From contig OZ024743.1 of NCBI GenBank assembly GCA_964016885.1, positions 247,628,001 through 247,692,000 of the forward strand: a stretch of 64,000 bases of DNA. The letters are read 5' to 3'. The translations under genes were made by a program, and so were the position numbers. Source of the stretch: Eledone cirrhosa. Lineage: Eukaryota. Positions within the stretch are counted from its first letter, which is position 1, and the number at the start of each line of letters is the position of its first letter. Of the stretch, positions 13,297-25,861 are shown in pieces. The notes under the pieces were generated by a model, which saw only the letters and a list, made by a program, of their open reading frames with translations, made no database searches and was not told the DNA's origin.

Positions 13297-14928
13297 AGGG
13301 TGAAGGGTCTATACCCATTCCTTCATTTTTTAGGATAAATTGTGAACATGCAATATTATTTAAGAAGTATAAGTAAAGAAAACTCGTGTTTGCTTAGCAA
13401 GAAAAGAAGAAAAGGCAGTGAATTAATTGTTTTCCTTTCTAATTCCCTTTGAATAAAGGAGTGGCAGGTCAAAGAGGCAACAACAGAGAAGAAAAAGCCA
13501 TGCTGTTAGCTTTTTTAATATAGTTTTTTCCTATAGAATAAAAAACAATGGAGTGGGAATTGGAGGGAAAAGCAGAATTTGTTTTGCTTGCCTACCAGTA
13601 GAAATGAAGCACTGATGTTTTTTTGGCCCTGCGAAGCTGAGAGCAAAGACTTGTATATTAAAAAAAAACTGTAACCTGATTTGACTTGCCTCAAATGGGA
13701 CAACTCGTCTAACCCATACTAGCATGGAAAATAGACATTAAACGATGATGATGATGAAGACGATGATTCACTTAATTTGGTTCTTTCTCAATCAGCTTCA
13801 AATATTCATGAATGTTGAATTTTCTTCCAAACTTTAAAAGAAATTTCAACATTTTTCTCTAATGGATGAAATCATTGGAAGGTGATTTCCAAAGTTACCT
13901 GATACATGCTGGAATTATTCATCTCGACAAGTATCCATTTTATTTGACAAAATTACTGTGTTTTCTGAACTATTTTCAAACATATTAGAAAATCCAGAGC
14001 ATTGGAGTGCTTCAGAATTAGCACAGACAAAGGGAATTCATAGTTATCCTAGAACATGTTCAGTTTAAATTTTTATTAGAGGTTTTTGAAATCATATGAG
14101 AGGCTCAGAAATTCTGTTTTTGATTCTTCAAAAAAGTTCACTTCATATTTTGAGGTGTATTCATGAGGTTGAAAACTTCAAAAGCAATTGGTTCAGGAAT
14201 TTTACTGCTGGGTTTTGGATAATGTTGCTGAACCGCCAGAGAAACCTGGTCGACATCAAGAACCAAAAGTTGTATTAAGAACTTTGTTTAACAACTTTTG
14301 GGATAAAGTTATTGTTCATGGTGAGCCAAGATTTATGAGACAGTTCAAATTTGTTGAATTGTTGAATCTGAAGCTTTTTCACGCTTACGAAAAGAATTTC
14401 CGATGAAAGTGTTTCATCTTTGGATGTCTATATAAGTATATTGATTTGGAAAGATTGAAATGCAAGCTGAAATTAATTTATGCTGCAGATTTTGCAAAGC
14501 AAGCATCAAGCATTGAAGAATACATAATACAGGAACTTGAGAGTTACATCCATTTACGGACTGAGTTCAAATCCTGCCGGGGTTAACTTTGCCTTTCATC
14601 CTTACGGGGTTGATAAAATAAAGTACCAGTAATGTACTGGATAATTGCTGGCCTTGTGCCAAAAGTAGAAACAATTATTATTATTCAATATAAAACTCAC
14701 AAATATATATATATACATACACATGTTAGCGTGTATGTGGACGTTAATCGATGATGAGGATGATGAAACACACACAGCTATATATATACACACATAGATG
14801 TGTGTGTGTCAGTTTACTGCATGTGTTTTCATATCAACAATATTTAAAGCAACCAGTGACATTTGTTTATGTCCCATGTAAATAACATGTCCCACAGTAT
14901 AGCAGTTGACAAAGATGAGCAGCATACA

Positions 14929-15475
14929 CAGGGTGGCACACAAAAAAGTAGCCGAGATTCTATAGCATAGTGTTGACTTCTTTGGACTTCGAGTAATCCT
15001 TTGATGAGTGTCCTGAATAACTTCTGGTATTCAAACTGTAGGGTTTCTTTGTTCTGGAGCATTCTGCACTGACCCCAATCTACACTTCTTAACCAACTTT
15101 TGTACCATTCTCTTTGCTGGTAAGCTTTTACCTGGAAACTTTGATTCAAAAATTTCACGTGTTTGCTTAACAACCTGTTCTCACATACGCTTCCACAATC
15201 TCCACTCTCTTTGCTATTGAGTACATCATCTTCCAGAAAAAGCTATAGATGTTCACTCAATGCGATCTTATAATCAACCAATGTGTTGAGGATGCAGTGA
15301 GGATAACGTAGCAAACAGTCGACTAGTGTCATCTTTGTTCAGCAGTTACAAGTAGTTGAAAGAAAACAATGACACTTGCAAATAAAAGGCTGGCTACTTT
15401 TTCGTGTGTGTAAAATTTATTTCTGTATTTAAACTGTGCTATGGAATCTGGGCTACTTTGTCATGTACCACCCTG
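14929..15475 (-). mobile_element. Tc1/mariner deletion derivative
   Basis: Degenerate ~25-bp TIRs cagggtggcacacaaaaaagtagcc / ggctactttgtcatgtaccaccctg; decayed interior. Confidence 0.5.
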
Positions 15476-16429
15476 CATTATACTTATAAAGTATAGATAG
15501 GCATCAGGAAGGACATCTTGTCATGAAAAACTGCTTTAAAAGGTCTTGATGATAATGATGGTGGTGCCTAGACTTTAGTTCCTACAGATGTTATAAGTAA
15601 CTATCAATTGATAATGAATATGTTCAATTGAGCACAACCCATGGAAAAGGTATGGTCAATTGAATTGACCTTACTATATTATAAAGGGCTTTGTAAGAGC
15701 CAGCGTAGTGAAGGACATGGCCTAGTGGTTTGGGTGTTGAGCTCATGATAATAAGGCCATGAGTTTGATTCCTAGACTGGGTGGTGTATTGTGTTCTTGA
15801 GTAAGACTCTTCAATTCACATTGCTCCAGTTCACTCAGCTGCAAGTTAACCTTGTGGAAGAGTCATTTTAGCCATTTAAAAATGTACAAACCTTTTAACT
15901 TTATATTAAACTAACTGAAGTACCCAGCTTCGCCCAGGTAAACATATGATAAGAGAAGACTGGTAAAAGAAGAAACGACTGTATTGGATGTATTGTCTGG
16001 TTTACAGCATGAAGTGAGACCGTGGTGTGTGTGTGACAAAAAAAAAAAAAAAACTAAATATTTAAAAACAGTAAAAAATCTTCCAGATACACCAGATTCT
16101 TCGTTTTACCATTAAAATAACTCCCTTCCATGCTTTAATTGTTTTTTTAGTTTTTTCTACGTGGCTTTTTTTTTTACTCAGACTCTTTTTCTAAGATTTT
16201 TAGTTCTGTGATTGAATTTCCACTCACAGTGGAGCTTCAAAAAGAGAGGATGAAACAAAGGTAATCAGGTATGTGACCCACGACAGACCTGTAGAATCCG
16301 TGCCAGAATGGAAGAACAGACGAAGCTTTTTTGTTGTTATATATATCTTACTTTTAATTGTTTCATGAATTCTAAATAAAATTGAATAATCATGTTAAGA
16401 AATGAATGGAAATTCACCGGTTTCGACGA

Positions 16430-16690
16430 TAAGCGTTCCAGTTGTTCGATCAACGTAACAGCCAGCTCATAAATTATCGCATATGTAGCTGAACATACGT
16501 CTACCTTTAATATAATTCCCAGGGAGATTCAGCGTGACGCACAGGCCAACCATTGAATTTTTTAAACAGTTTCCATCTCCCCAATTTTACTCACACGGCA
16601 TGGGTCAAATCAAAATGACGTTTGCCCAAGATACCAGGTAGTGGAACCGAACTCGGAGCATAATGGTTGCGATGCAAACTTCTTAATAAT
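16430..16690 (-). mobile_element. tRNA-derived SINE, degenerate
   Basis: Minus strand ttaagaagtttgc...gagttcggttccact...cttgggcaa, a typical SINE head arrangement. Confidence 0.45.
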
Positions 16691-19315
16691 CATATTAAGA
16701 ATATTTAAAAAATCACACAAAGCAAAAATGTAAATTGATGCAGGCATCAATATTTACTATTTACGATTTTTCTCTAGGTCCGTAACATGCTATTGTTAAG
16801 GGGAGATAACTGACTAATTATTTTCTTTTAGGGTTAAGGTAGAGTTTTCTCCAATACATTGTATTTGCAGGGACAAAATTACTTTTAGTGTGCTTTCACG
16901 TATGGACTTTCTCTTTTTGATACACACGCAATAAAATGCGTGTACATGCATAACATTCACAGGCATAACGAAAGAACACGTATGGGTTAGATCACAGCCA
17001 ATTTCTTCTAGAGAAAAAAGAGAAAAGAAGTATCGATACAAGTACTTGTCTGCTGTTTTCCTTATCGACTCTGAAAGGAAGAAAGGCAACGACCTCGGCA
17101 GGATTTGAACTTAGAGCGCAGAGAAATGGAACTAATACTACGAGGCATTCTGTTTGATGCCCTTATGACTACCAATTTGTCGCCTATATACATATATAAC
17201 ATACATACATATAATTGTTTCTACTTTAGGCACAAGGCCAGCAATTACTCAGTGCATTACTGGTACTTTATTTTATCGACCCCGTAAGGATGAAAGGCAA
17301 AGTCAACCTCGGCGGGATTTGAACTCAGATCGTAAAGGGACGTAACTATGCTAGAAAGCATGGCGTCCGACCCTCTACCGATACTGCCAATTCACCATAC
17401 ATATAATGATCATTGTCGTCATCATCATCATCATCATGAATAACGTCAAAGTTTTAAAATTTTATGTTGTTTTATTTCTCTCCAGATCAGACCGGATTGT
17501 GCCGACTTATGATCAAAAGTATTCCAGTCGTAACCAACTTGTCTTTTTGTATTTTTGTATATCAAAGACTAAAATGCCTAATGTAACCTTTGTTTATGAC
17601 AGTAGGGAAGATCAAGCTGCTTTTCTAACATGTATTTTGTGGCTCCATTAGCGTATAGGATGGAAGGGGTTGATGTACAGGTATATCATAATTTGTTATA
17701 ATACCACATAAGTCCCACTGTCATGAAATGTTGTCCCATGGTCGGTGATTGGCCCTGGCCATTAGTGGGATTTGAATCCCTAGCCAGAATTTAAACTCAA
17801 AATGCAAAGTGCTGGACAGATACTAAAATACATCATGTCTGGCATGCTTACAATTCTGCCAATCCACTGCCATTTTATCAACCCTGAAAGGATGCAAGAT
17901 AAAGTGGACTCTGGCAGGATTTGAACTCAGAGTGCAGAGAGTTGGAATAAATTCTACAAGATATTATACCCTAACATCTTTGATGATTCACTCACACTTA
18001 CTTTTAAGTGTATATAAAAGATATAAGATGAGTGTTGCTAAATCAGTTTTCCTATATGAAATCTTATCACACATCTCCATTTAATTTTTATTATTAAGCC
18101 TTCCTATATTGTTCAAAGTATTTACTATTTACAAAACTTTTATATTCACTGCAAATAATTTGCTTCATATCTGCCTACCTCTAGAACCAAGTTCCCCTCT
18201 CTTCCTCATTGCTCTTTTATCTATGTTGCCTTCAATGAACAGAGATAGTATTGAGTGATAGATACTCTTTAGGCTTGTGAGATTCAAGACAACCTCTCTA
18301 GAGCTGGTGCTATGATAAAATACACTCAGTACATTTTGTAAGGTGATTGGTATTAAGAAAGGCATCTGACGATAGAAACTGTGTTAAAATGGAATGTAAA
18401 AGTAAGACAAGCACATCTGGTGAACTTCCAATCAATTTATTTCTATCCAATTTCACTTACATGACTTGGTGTTAAGAATACATATGTAAAATAAAAAAAA
18501 AAATGCATCTCCAAACTATTTAAATGACTTTATCCATCCCTCCCCTCTAGGATATATGTCCCACATTCAGAATTACTGCTTTATAAAATGAAAATGAGCT
18601 CCCGACTTGAATGCTGTTTACACATATGACATATATGGATTAAAGATGAAGTGTAGATGAAGAGGAGAGATGGAGACAAAGGACTTTGACAATTAATTAC
18701 ATTATTTAGCTGACTAACCAACTCATTGATGGATTAATTATCTGGTTAATCTTCTCTTCTTCTTGAGTCATCCTTTCATTTATTTTGCTTTTTCTAATAG
18801 CTAGAATATATGCAGCTCATCACACCTACATACTCATAGATTTCTCTGCTAACTGGAGCAGTTGTGCCAACCCATTGTTGAATTAATAGTCGATCATCTG
18901 CGAAGCCACTGGTGTTCACAATGACAAGGTCATCTAATTAAACTGATGGGAACCACATGAGCTGCTGCTTGATATGAGATAAGTAGGATTTTTATTGAGG
19001 CTTACTCCTCTAGATCCAACCTGTTCTGCTAGACTATCCTATGATCACCATGTCAGAGGCACTTTGTGTAGAATGTGGCTTTTCTCCATGCAGCTCGATC
19101 TTCAAATTGAGAGAGGCTAGGTGCTCAGCTTAAGTGAGTATATAATGTGTGTCATCAATTCGCTGAGTGGCATGTTGAACAAACACTGATTCTCAGAGAC
19201 GCCTCAAAAGACTATCCAGTGCCAACCAGTGAAATCTACTACAGCTCAGCAGATTCTTAAATTAATATATACATATTTACACACCCACATGATAGATACA
19301 TATGTACACAATATT

Positions 19316-19498
19316 GGATGGCCGTTGACTCACATCAATTTCGCCCTTTGTCAGGTTTATTTTTCATTCTGCAAGGTGTCCAAAATCACTCTCTAAGCAA
19401 ACTTAGTGGGGTTGCCAGTTTAGTTGCTGACGACCTGACCACGAGACAGGTTGTACTGGGTTACATGTTCCCAGTAGCACTCAAGCGTGACCTGACTA
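19316..19498 (-). mobile_element. 5' part of the (ATGT)n-tailed retroposon
   Basis: Reverse complement aligns with ~33759-33948. Confidence 0.7.
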
Positions 19499-19640
19499 TT
19501 GATTAATATTAAAACTAAACTAGAGCATACGTTTTGATTGACAGCTAGAGCCTAACAAAATATAACCATATATTTAAAGTATGTTAGCTTATTGTAAGTT
19601 ATTGTTTATTTAATAAACAATCATTTTCGAAAGAGTTAGG

Positions 19641-19980
19641 TGAATTTGAATTTTTAACGTATGTTAGCTTAATGTAAGCCGCTGCCACGCAGGTTTGATT
19701 ATGAAATAGTTGACCAAATTTGACATAGAGATGAGGACAAGTGTATGCTCAGCGCTCTTAGCTGATAGATATGGCTTTAAAATGTTGGGTAAGAGGTCAA
19801 TCTTTTTTTGGCATAATGGTAAGGCAGCTATCCGACAGATGGCAGATTCCATGTTCAATTCCCATGGGCGACTCTGTCAACTTTTTACCATCATATATCC
19901 AGCTTGTTTGACAGTTTTATAGTTAAACTTGCATGGTAGCAAATTACACTACGCTAACATACTTTAAAAATTCAAATTCA
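19641..19980. repeat. Inverted-repeat (MITE-like) element
   Basis: 28-bp IR tgaatttgaatttttaacgtatgttagc / gctaacatactttaaaaattcaaattca, 1 mismatch. Confidence 0.55.
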
Positions 19981-20084
19981 TTTAATGCTTTGGAAAATCA
20001 AAAATAACTTTTTATTATTCACAGTTGTATAAATAACATTACAAATTGTTTATAATTCTTACAGAATGAAAAATATTAACACAA

Positions 20085-20590
20085 ATATAAACACATATAA
20101 TAAATACAATAAATTATTGCTAGGAACCTTGTAATGCACAAAAATATATGACCAAAGCAAGAGAAAAAGAAAAGGAAAGGAAAAAATAAAAATGACCATC
20201 AATTCACCACCAAGTGCGACAATTGGCTGCACATCAAGGGTCAATGGAAAATTTTGAGGCAAGCCAACACACTCGCAACATTACTGCGGGTGATGGCGAG
20301 GTTAAGGCAGTGAAACAACCAGCCACCCTCATGGGCATCACCTGACACCTTGGTAAGGCGAGCCGCCAATGAGGACAAGAACTTCGCTGTCAGCAGCCCA
20401 GCTCTACCAAACACTCAAACACCACAGGCTGGAAAAAATAGTTATTTGCTAGTTCCTTGTATTTTAGGATTTTATTCCGTTCGGCAATGGAAGCATTGAC
20501 CCACACACTTATCTCAGCAACTATGTGTGGGCGGGAGCAAAAGAGTCACTGACTATGGTGTCCCAGATGAGACATCTGCCGCTTACCCAT
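20085..20590 (-). mobile_element. CRE-clade non-LTR retrotransposon RLE/3' end
   Basis: GRCLIWDTIVSDSFAP...AERNKILKYKEL...QPVVFE...LAARL..SGDAHE..WLF..LNLAITRSNVASVLAC. Confidence 0.7.
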
Positions 20591-21134
20591 AAAATGATTA
20601 TTTATTTGATAACAATACCTGCTTCAACACACGATTTTACATCAAGTACCTTGTAAATATCAAAACAAAATTTCAAATTATGTTTTCAAAATAATTTTAC
20701 TGTCAAGCTGTTTTTTTTTCTTGTCTATTGTGCTACAACAGTCATTGCCCTAATTGTACCTCCTACACTATTCTATTCCTTCTATAAACTATGATGCACT
20801 CAAATCACATTTCCTTTTGGCAATTCTAATATCTATATACTCACAGACTTATAAAACTCACACGTCTTCCGTTTAGTTATTAAATATTTACTACAGCCTG
20901 CAATTATTTCTCCCCCCCCCCCTCTCTCTCTCACTCTTTCTAAGAGATGTCAACATGAATGGACCTGTTATTTTTATCTAAAGACATTTTTTCCAACCCC
21001 CCCCCCCCCCAATCTATCTTATTTCACATTCTTTCTTCCTGCTATATCAAGCGTTAACCTAATATATCCCTTTCATATACTGTACCGATTGTGTTGTTAT
21101 TTCTGCTTACCTTTTACATACATATATATATATA

Positions 21135-21860
21135 TGTCAACACGTCTCCCTTCTGACGACTGAAAACAGATAAAATATGGTTTTTTGAAAGCAGATATTT
21201 TATCTGTTTTCAGTCGTCAGAAGGGAGACGTGTTGACAGCGATAAGTATGAGGGTGTGGAGGGAGGGGGAAACAACTTAAATTTAAACATATACACGAGA
21301 TGTGCATATACAAATATATATACATAAATGCACACATACATAGACACACATATATACATGCATAGATACTCATACACACGTATAAAAAAACACACACACA
21401 TATGCATGTGTATATATATATATTTATATACATATATATATACATAAAAATATAAAATAAACATACGTTCACACACACATACACATGCTTGCAAAAATAA
21501 ATATACACATACACAACCACACACATACACACGTATATATAAAAACATGCATACAAACATATTACACACACATCCACATACATACACATAAAGGTCTACA
21601 ATAAAGAGCATAGGTTCATAACCTACGTACATACGTAAACAAATGCGTGCGCGCGCACACGCACGTAATAAAATCAACACACGCATACAAAAATCATACA
21701 TAAATCCACACACACATAATAACCCATATATACAAAAGTATATATACAGCCGCATACACACACACATATACGTAACCACATACATATAACCATATAAATA
21801 AAATAAACATATACAAACACACACACATATATATATACACAAACACATATATATACGTAT

Positions 21861-21937
<77 letters not shown>

Positions 21938-23065
21938 CACACACACGCACACACAGACACATACACACACATACACACACACAATAAAAATCAAAATACT
22001 ATAAATGTATGTACACATAAGCCTGTCTGCATAAGCGCCCGCACACAGCCCAATGTAAGTACAATAAAAGACCTAGTGGGTAAGTAAGGACAAAAGGGGA
22101 GTAAAACTGAAATAAAATAATAAACACAATTAATAAGAACATGCAAGGGAAAAAAGTGTTGTAAAAGATTTGTGATGAGATCTAGATAAAAAGATGAGAT
22201 CTGGTTAAAAAGTGAACTGAGTAAAGTATAAAGATGGTGGGTGTGTATGTGTAAAAGGTAAGGTAGAATGTAGGGGAGGGGGGGGGGGAATTATAAGTCA
22301 CTGAAAAAAATTATAAAAATAAAAATAAAAAGATATATAGAAGGTGATGAGGGAGAAAAAGTATATATGGGTAGAAAGTATGAGTTCATAAGATTCGTGC
22401 TGAGTGGAAGGCATGATGAGTAAAGAAGAAGCTCAAGGTGGTTGAGTAATCGTAGGAATGTTAATCCAGTTAAAAAGTAGATGCGATTTCAGATGCGGAC
22501 AACATCTGAAGATCTCGGTCTTAGAGTTGAGGCAAGTGGAAGGGGCTTTCAAGTTTTGGAGAATTCCAAATTTTTACCGTGGTGCACAAAGAACATTTCT
22601 TTGTGCCCCTTTGGTATTCGCTTGAATGGTCTAAAATAGACAAATCAATAATATACGGAATGTTTTTGTCTTTAAATTCCCACACTTTATTTGCCAGCGC
22701 CGCTGCTGTTCTTTTATCAGGGTGGTTATTAATCATTAACTAAAACTATTAAAACTGTTAAAACTAATGTAGGGGGAACATTCCTCGACTTCCTAGACAA
22801 ACATTTCCCCCCTATCATAGATTTAATAAGATATTTAATAGAAATGTAGTCTAAATCAGTTACTCTTGCTGCCCATCAATGAAGACTAAAATTATCAACT
22901 CTAATCGTACGAGAGTGAATCCAGGATGTAGTTGCAGGAAGCCGGAAGAATGCCCATTACAGGGTAAATGTAATACTAAATCCATTGTGTATGAGGCCAA
23001 ATTGACACCGATGATTAATAAGCAGCCAACCAGGAGTGAACGATATATTGGCATGACTCATGACT
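21135..23065 (-). mobile_element. PLE with 5' inversion, microsatellite-rich 3' UTR and terminal hairpin
   Basis: Minus 22736->22500 encodes GIY-YIG C-part (LANKVWEFK..CSLC); plus ~22760-23065 encodes the upstream linker CSC..CPLQGKC..SIVY..RYIGMT; hammerhead-like hairpin at 21135-21238. Confidence 0.75.
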
Positions 23066-23096
23066 TTTTTTTCTCTTTCTCGATACGTAAATACTG

Positions 23097-23136
<40 letters not shown>

Positions 23137-23239
23137 TATATATATACACATATATATACACATATATATACACATATATACCTATATATACACATACATA
23201 TACACATACATATATACACATACATATATATACATACAA

Positions 23240-23340
<101 letters not shown>

Positions 23341-23364
23341 CATACACACACATATATATATATA

Positions 23365-24771
23365 TTATCAAGGTATTTGAGAGGGTGGTGAGATCACGAA
23401 TAACCCACTTTCTTGAAAGCAACGGCCTGCTGAACTCCAACCAACATGGGTTCCATAATGGAAGGGACTGCCTAACGCAGCTCCTGCATCACTTTGACGA
23501 TGTTTTGAGAGCCTTGGGAGAGGGCTGCAACACTGATGTCATCTACCTTGATTTCAGCAAGGCCTTCGACAGGGTTGATCATAAGATTCTACTGAAAAAA
23601 CTATCCAATGTTGGTGTCTCTGGAAGGTTACTACAGTGGATCAAATGTTTCCTGACAGGCAGAACCCAGCATGTTGTAGTCGAAGGAGTAAAATCAAGCC
23701 CAGCCAAAGTCAGCAGTGGCGTCCCACAAGGTACTGTGTTGGGTCCACTTCTTTTCATCATCTACATTAATGACATTACTGACATCATCAAACACAGTAA
23801 CATCAGAATCTTCGCAGATGATTCCAAGTTCAAAGGGTCATCAATGAGGTGGGTGACAGCACTTGCCTTCAGTCAGACCTACTGGCTGTTATCCAATGGG
23901 CAGAGATGAATAATATGCTGTTGAATGAGGATAAATGTGAGTTAATCCACTTTGGAAAAAAGGATGCCCTGAAACTACCATACTCTCTTCCTTCGGGTGA
24001 AACTCTAGTGGCTTCCAATAACATCAGAGACCTGGGAGTAATTGTGAACAACAATGTAAGCTGGGCCACTCATATAAACAGCAAAGTTGATATGGCCCGC
24101 AGAATGTGTTCCTGGATTCTCAGAACTTTCCAGTCGAGAGATATCCACCCTGTTGTCCTTCTCTTCTCCACTTTTGCCCGACCCCATCTTGAATACTGTT
24201 GTCCACTGTGGTCACCCCACACGAAACAAAGTATCATGAAAGTTGAAGCACCCCAAAGGTCAATACAAAAAAGATAGTTGGCATGACAGGCCCTGACTAT
24301 TGGGGTCGATTAGAAAAGCTCAAACTTTATTCTCTTCAACGTCGCCGTGAGCGCTACATCATCTGTATGATGTGGAAAATATTCCATCAGCTTAGCCCAA
24401 ATGATGTTGGCATCACCTTTAGTGTACACCCAAGGCTTGGGCCCCGTGCTATCCGCCAACGACAAAAATCCCACTCGCATCACATAACAACAATACGGCA
24501 CAATTATTTTACCTCAATTGGCTCTGCACTCTTTAACGTTACACCAAAACACATCAAAGCAGAGACAGACCCCATCAAGTTCAAGAAGTCTTTGGATAAA
24601 TTCCTTCAAAAAATCCAGGATAAGCCTCCTACACCCGGATATGCCTCCGTAAACAATAACTCTCTGCTCGAGTGGGCCATGGTGCCCAAACACTGATTTG
24701 TAAGACTTCGCCAGGTGGTGTTATTAAGTTAGACTAGCCGAAACCTATCAAAGTTATCAAAGTTATCAAAG

Positions 24772-24775
<4 letters not shown>
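23365..24775 (+). mobile_element. CR1-like LINE, 5'-truncated RT with (AAAGTTATC)n tail
   Basis: NQHGF, YLDFSKAFDRVDH, SGVPQGTVLGPLLF, FADD, RPHLEYC; frameshifts; three AAAGTTATC-type units at the 3' end; TA-repeat flanks. Confidence 0.9.
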
Positions 24776-24842
<67 letters not shown>

Positions 24843-25151
24843 CACATATATATATATATACATATATAAACACACACATACATACACACACACACATATA
24901 CACATATATATATATATACATATATAAACACACACATATATATATATATACATACACATACATACAAATACACATATTCATACACACACACATACATACG
25001 TATACATACACATATATATATATACACACACATATATATATATATACATACATATATATATACATATATATACACATATAACCATATACATAAATATACC
25101 CACATACATACATATATAATATACATATATATATATATACATATACACACA

Positions 25152-25244
<93 letters not shown>

Positions 25245-25290
25245 ATACATACAGATACATACATACACACACACATATACACATACATAC

Positions 25291-25334
<44 letters not shown>

Positions 25335-25861
25335 ATATTTGGGGAGGGTCATATTTGCGTAATATTGCCAGAATTAATAACAGAACACACTCACTGTTTG
25401 GTTGGTTTTCGCTTCTCGCTGTCTTTTATATATATATATCTGCGATCTAACTTACTCGGTCCTCAATGTTGCCATTGACTGACCGGCGGTCAAAAATAAT
25501 ACAGATACAATATAGACAAACACATATATATATAGTTTACATAAATCTTTCGTTGCACATCTGCAACATCGTCAGTGGTGTTATATTCATTGTTCCTCCT
25601 GTTGTGTTGTATGTCTACGCCATTTTTTTTTTTTTTTTTGTTCAGTCTGTCTATATATTTATTTATTTATTTGCTTGTTTGTTTATCTTATTTTATTTTG
25701 TCTTCTTTGCGCATGCGTTTGCGTGTGTGTATAGTGTTATGTGTGATGTGTGATGTGTGACTAGTGTGTATAGTGTTGTCTGCTGGGTGACTAGTGTGTG
25801 TTTATGTGCTTGTGTATGTATTTATTTATCTTATTTTATTTAATTTAATTTACTTATTTAT

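Noticed and set aside
13800-14520. Possible hAT transposase remnant
   Set aside because: Only vague residue patterns, many stops and no TIRs found.
15910-15940. Second Helitron 3' end
   Set aside because: Hairpin and CTAG are degenerate and no matching 5' TC end was located.
18680-19260. Old RTE 3' remnant or host exon
   Set aside because: Only a DR.AWR-like motif on the minus strand; no sustained frame or splice evidence.
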